A model generated the notes under the pieces. It ran no database searches. It saw only the letters and a program-made list of their open reading frames with translations, and had not been told where the DNA came from. A stretch of 64,000 nucleotides of DNA from Eledone cirrhosa (taxonomy: Eukaryota). Positions 61,801 through 64,000 of this stretch are shown here, in pieces. The stretch is from the NCBI GenBank assembly GCA_964016885.1, contig OZ024744.1, forward strand, positions 38,130,001 through 38,194,000, in the 5' to 3' direction. Every line of letters starts with the position of its first letter. Within the stretch, counting starts at the first letter, position 1. Made by a program: the position numbers and the translations under genes.

Positions 61801-64000
61801 CATATGAAACTACGTATATGACACTCTGACACTACAGTATGACACTACACATATTGCACTACACATATGACTCTACACATATGACACTACACATATGAAA
61901 CTACACATGTAACACTACACATGTGTCACTACGTATGACACTACATATATGACACTACATATATGACACTATACCTATGACACTACACATATGACACTAT
62001 GACAATACACATATGACACTACAGGTATATAACTATACATATATGGCACTACACATATGACACTTCACTATGAGACTACACATATCACACTACCAATTTG
62101 ACACTACACATATGACACTATACTACACCTATGGCACTACAAATATGACACTACACATATGACACTACACTTATGACACTACACATAGGACACTGCATGT
62201 GTGACACTGCACATATGGCACTACACATATGACACTACACATATGACACTACACATGTGACACTACACATAAGACACGACATATATGACAGTACACCTAT
62301 GACACTACAAATATGACACTAAGACACTACACATATGACACTACAGATTTAACACTACAGAGATGAAACTACATACAAGACGCTACACATATAACACTAA
62401 ACATGTGACACTACACATGTGACACTACATATGACACTACACATATGACCCTACACATGTGACACTATACATATTACACTACACATATGACAGTACACCT
62501 ATGACAATTCATATGAAACTACGTATATGACACTCTGACACTACACTATGACACTACACATATGACAGTATTCTATGACACTAAACTATGACAGTACACA
62601 TATCAGACTACAAATATTACGCTTCACATATACGACACTGCACATATGAAACTACACATATGACTCTACCCATAGGACACTACACATATGACGCTACAAA
62701 TATGACACTACACATGTGACAATACATATAAGACACTATATATTACACTACACATATGACACTATGACACTACACATATGACACTACACATATGACACAA
62801 TATCAACACCTATGGAACTACCCATATGATACTACACACATGACACTACACGTATGACACTACATATATGACACTACACTTATGACACTACACATATGAC
62901 AGAACACATATGACACTACACATATGACACTACATGTGTGACACAAAACATATGGCACTACACATATGACACTACACATCTGATACTACACATATGACAC
63001 TACACTACACCTATGTCACTACACATATGATACTACACATATGGCTCTAAATAAATGACACTAGACATATGACCCTACACATATGACACTGCATATATGA
63101 CATTACAGGTGTGACAATACACATATGGCACTACACATATGACACTACACATATGACACTATACCTATGACACTACACATATCACAATACATATATGACA
63201 CTACACATATTGCACTACACATATGACACTACACTATGACACTAAACCTATGACACAACACATATGACACTACAAATATGAAACTATGACACTACACATA
63301 TGACACTACAAATATAACACTACACATATGAAACTACATATAAGAAACTACACATATGAGGCTATACATATGAGAGTACATTTGGTACTACACTATGACA
63401 CTGCACTATGACACTACACATATGACAGTACTCTATAACACTACACTGTGACACTACACATATAACACTACACATATGATATAATATATATGACACTACA
63501 CATATGACACTACACATATACCACTAGACATATGACACTACACTACACATATGACACTCCAGATATGACACTACACATGTATCACTACACATGTGTCACT
63601 ACATATATGAGACTACACCTATGACACTACGCATAGGACACTACATATATGACACTACACATTTGACACTATGACACTACACATATGACACTACTCATGT
63701 TACACTACACATGTGACACTACATATGACACTATACATATGACACTTCATATATGACACTACACATATGACACTACACTATGACATAACGATATTACCCT
63801 AAAGCTATGATAATACACATATGACACTACATATATGACACTGCAATTGTGACACTCCACATATGACACTACTCATATTGCACTACACATATAACACTAC
63901 ACATATGACACTTCAATATGACACTACACTATGACACTATACATATGACACTACACATGTGATACTACACATGTGTCACTACATATGACACTACACATTT
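31823..64000. repeat. Satellite DNA array, 14-bp consensus ATGACACTACACAT (8/12/13-bp deletion variants), >32 kb and open at the window end
   Basis: Continuous same-orientation tandem units, on the order of 2,300-2,400 copies by length. No ORFs in the track and no visible TE insertions. Confidence 0.99.

Noticed and set aside
31823-64000. CRISPR-like or coding interpretation of the array
   Set aside because: No unique spacers, no cas genes, eukaryotic context, and frequent stops.

Overview
Repeat-dominated animal genomic DNA. A cephalopod/octopus origin is my inference from the Nin/Deu-type SINEs and the extreme (TA)n/(CA)n density. Positions 1-11.3 kb hold a head-to-tail cluster of three R4/Dong-clade non-LTR retrotransposons (RT + CCHC zinc finger + PD-(D/E)xK endonuclease) with (TAA)n tails, plus a ~430-bp tandem triplet. 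Positions 11.3-25.4 kb are probably intronic and contain microsatellites, SINEs, hAT and Helitron non-autonomous elements, and L1/Tx1 and RTE fragments. Positions 25407-28103 are the large terminal coding exon of a TMEM151 gene. From ~31.8 kb to the end is a >32-kb array of a 14-bp satellite (ATGACACTACACAT) with nested higher-order repeats. The most striking unannotated signal is a recurring architecture: (TA)n, an inverted copy, a type-I hammerhead ribozyme motif with a short tail, then (TA)n. It occurs about six times in ~11 kb in mostly unrelated sequence families, and the fold-back apex usually lies at or inside the hammerhead. These are probably Penelope-like retroelement termini. A structurally complete hammerhead also sits at the satellite border. 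All calls were made by eye and no database search was run.
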